A stretch of DNA of 64,000 nucleotides from positions 84,198,001 to 84,262,000 of the forward strand of contig NW_024704742.1 in the NCBI RefSeq assembly GCF_018977255.1. The letters are read 5' to 3'. The position numbers were made by a program, and so were the translations under genes. Each line of letters starts with the position of its first letter. Within the stretch, counting starts at the first letter, position 1. Below, in pieces: positions 60,813-64,000 of this stretch. The DNA is from Callorhinchus milii. Its lineage: Eukaryota. A model generated the notes under the pieces. It did no database searches. It had not been told where the DNA came from and worked only from the letters and a program-made list of their open reading frames with translations.

Positions 60813-63800
60813 ACGTTCAATACGTTCTTGAACCAACATTTAAGTTCAAACTGAATTGGATTGAGGCCTCATATTAAATCTTGATCCAGTACATAGATGG
60901 AGCACAATGGCCACAAGCAAGCAATGCAGTGGTTTAAAGAGAAGGCCCCACCACTGGCTTCTCAGGCCAGCCAGCAGTGCCTACTAAATGCTGGCAAAAT
61001 GCCAGCATCACCCTCATCCTGAGACAGAGTACAAGAAAAATGAACAAAGTACCCTTTAACGTTCCATTGACACCCTATTATTTGAACCACATAAATATCA
61101 GATCATTTTGCTGAAGTCAAAGTTCTTTAAAGTTCATTCTGTTGTGTTGTATTTCTGGACCAGCTACTAACAACAGATTTTAGATTGGACCATCTCCAGC
61201 CTCACCCGCCCACCAAAAACAAAACTCTCCATTGCACAATCCCAAGGGTCAGATAGTGAGTCAACATTCCACATCTGCCACTTAGACAAATGACGCACGA
61301 TGGACTTATTTATTTCTAATTCATTTTATTTTCTCCTTTATTTTTTTCATTCTCGTTGTGCTTTAACCCTGGCTAAGAGGACAGGCAGTCAGCCCACTTG
61401 TAAACCTTTACCAGTACTACCACTTGGGATGTCACCAGATGGAGCACACAGAGGCAACCCAGGCGATCTCTCCCATTTGATTCTCCCTCCCACCACATGT
61501 CAGAGCGGCCGACTTCTGCCTTGCTCCTCCCATCACGTTTAGCAGTGCACACAGCAATGCCTCACCAACAGTTATGAAATGGTTAATTAATTCTTACAGG
61601 AGGATTGTTGACCAAAACACAAGAAGAAACTCTCTTCTCTTTTTGAATAGTGCCACAAGATTTTTAACGTCTACCCGAACGAGCAGATGGGACCTCAGTT
61701 TAATGTCACATTTTTAAAGTTGAAACCTGTGACAATCCAGCACTGTATTGGAGTGTCATCCTAGACTGTGAGTTCAAAGTCCTGATATTGAGCTTGAGCC
61801 TATAACCTTCTAACAAAAAGCAAGAGTTCCTACAACTCTGGTTCCCTCTTGAAAGCTAATATGGATTCTACCTTGACCAATTCTGTCTGACTCATTGACC
61901 AGGAAAAATAATAATACTTACATTCAATATAATGTTGATAAGTTGGCTCAAAGCCTTTCAGGATTTATTATAAATTATAAAATCTGTATTTTGTAGATGA
62001 ACTTCTCCTAAAGGATGAGATCAAATGTGTTGAAGGGTTCTGTCATTTGACCCTCTCCTTTAGTTTTGTGTGAGCCTGACCTGAAGATATTTTTTGTCAG
62101 TTTTAGACTGACAATCTCTCCCCTACTGTCACAGACACCCTGCTACCAGAGGAAAATACTGATTTCCTTTAGATCATCATGGAGCTTAAACTGTTGATGT
62201 TGTGTTTCAAGAAACTGACAACATCACATAGCAGTTGTGTCACGGTGGCAAGTTGCGAATGGAGAAGAGGAGGCAAGTGTAATTTAGCTAATCCTGGCTG
62301 ACTCTAAAAGATATCTTTTAGATAAAATATTAGATAAAATGTAGTAAAATATTTTAATTGATTGACATCTGAGTCTTGGGAGTGAGTGACACACCCAGGT
62401 ATCCATTTTGCTCAAGGTTTAACTGTTCTCCTCTTTTCTTTTCAGATCTGAGACATCAATTGAGGACACCCCTCTTTATCTGCCACTGTAAGTGATTTCT
62501 ACAACAGTGATGCCACCAGCAGGAGCAGCCTGGTTGGACAAAACTCCAAAATAAGGATCAGCAAGCTGTATGTCTGAGAAGGATAAAATTAAACCGGCTT
62601 TTAACTCCTTTTGAACCTTCAACTCAACATCACAGGGAGTCTGTTTTTTAACATTGCCTGCGTGCCCCTCATTTGTGTAACGTCATGTTCTGAGAAGTAA
62701 GTACCTGCAATTTGTTGCTTGGTATAAACCAGAATTTTAGCAGCTCACAATTACTGGGTAGTTAAATATCTCTGTCCGCCCTACTCAATGCCAATAACAC
62801 AACAAAATCAGCAGAAACATCTGAAAGTGATCCAAGCTAAGATTGTGGCAAATGGTGATTAGAGGGTCACACCCTTTTCAGGACTTTGTTTCAGATGACT
62901 GTCTGTCTGTTCTGTGGGATACACACTGCATAAGGTAGAATTTATTTCTTGACTTTCTCCCATCCGCTTCTGAACTCGTTTGACTTTCTTTTCCTTCCAC
63001 AAAGGCTGTGAAAGAACTGCACTCTCAGATAATCTGATCACGAAGGTCAAGGGACCCTTTTTACGTACTTCAGCAATGGTTACACAAGCAATCTTTGTGT
63101 TAAATAATAATAAAAATCATTTTTTTTAGTATAGCCCTGTTCACCGTAGAGCGTAGTGACTGTTTATTTTGTAGATAAAACTCAAAGCCAATTTGTGCAC
63201 AGAAATTAAAGCCCCTTAAACAAACAGTACCATGGGCTTGGTAGTGTCCACGTGGACAGGCACAAATGGGACCTCAGTTTAATATCTCATCTGAATGTTT
63301 TAGTGCTTTTATATTTGTTTGATTCCCAGTGGTTGAGCAATGGTAAGTATGTGTCTGATTCTCTCAGACACATTGTCCATTAACAATTTGACAACTGTGT
63401 GTCCACATTTCAGTATGGGAAGTGTTGGTGGGTTAGTTAGCTATATGAGAAGTCTTGAAGACGTGAAAAGCGCTATGTCAAATCCAAGGATTATTATTAT
63501 TATATCCAGTTGTCTAGTTCTCAGCCTAGTTTTTTCAGAGTTCAATTTGGACCAGGCATATTTCAGGAGGATCCTGATCTAAATTACATTTCTATGGAAT
63601 ACCCATTCCCGATAAACAAGATCAGAAAGTGTTTGAAAGGGACAGAGTTGGTCTGGCATTAAAATGCTGCAAGAAATGCTGATAACAAATGAAGCGAGGA
63701 TACCTTTGATGTCCTGCAGAGTTTCACTTCCTTCTATCACCATGAAAAGACAAGAAGCATGTTACAGTGAGAAACCTTCCAGTGCAACAGTGAAACAGAG

Positions 63801-64000
63801 TTAACAGCCAACATCAGAAGCAAAGTTGCTAATCAAACCACAGGAGCAACGTGCAGGTTTGTCAGTGGAACATTAGCCAGTACACTGGTATCTTCTACTT
63901 TAATAACTAATCATCTTTAATAACACAACACCACAGCGCACCTCACTCACCACAGAAAAATGTAGAACTTGCTTTTATGAAAAATGAGATTAGGACTTTG

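Noticed and set aside
62870..63020. Minus-strand acceptor-like ttctttcacag followed by purine-rich sequence, considered as the Ig2-Ig3 alternative cassette
   Set aside because: No convincing donor before an in-frame stop in phase 1, and no clear similarity to the known insert.

Overview
Vertebrate genomic DNA. The repeat content (Deu-domain SINEs, L2 LINEs with (GTT)n tails) points to a cartilaginous fish, most likely a holocephalan such as elephant shark; this is inference. The window holds the 3' part of a MuSK (muscle-specific receptor tyrosine kinase) gene on the minus strand. I reconstructed 12 GT-AG exons by hand: 57865-57989, 56402-56561, 50588-50594, 42698-42961, 40910-41082, 40716-40739, 34287-34375, 32800-32959, 31486-31666, 30137-30328, 17189-17337 and 8455-9137. 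They total 2207 nt and join into one uninterrupted frame: Ig3, Frizzled-CRD, kringle, TM, NPxY juxtamembrane, tyrosine kinase, stop. The signal peptide, Ig1 and Ig2 exons were not found and presumably lie beyond 64000. The rest is intron, 3'UTR or intergenic DNA dense in L2 and CR1 LINE fragments, two tRNA-derived Deu-type SINE families, an unclassified ~270-bp repeat and a few MITE-like elements. The most notable observations are a frame-essential 7-nt microexon, a 24-nt microexon, the retained kringle, a retroposon tail forming the acceptor tract of a kringle exon, a 145-bp near-perfect palindrome, and a complex templated insertion inside an L2 element. I did not find convincing evidence of a wholly new biological system. 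Repeat boundaries are approximate and read by eye.
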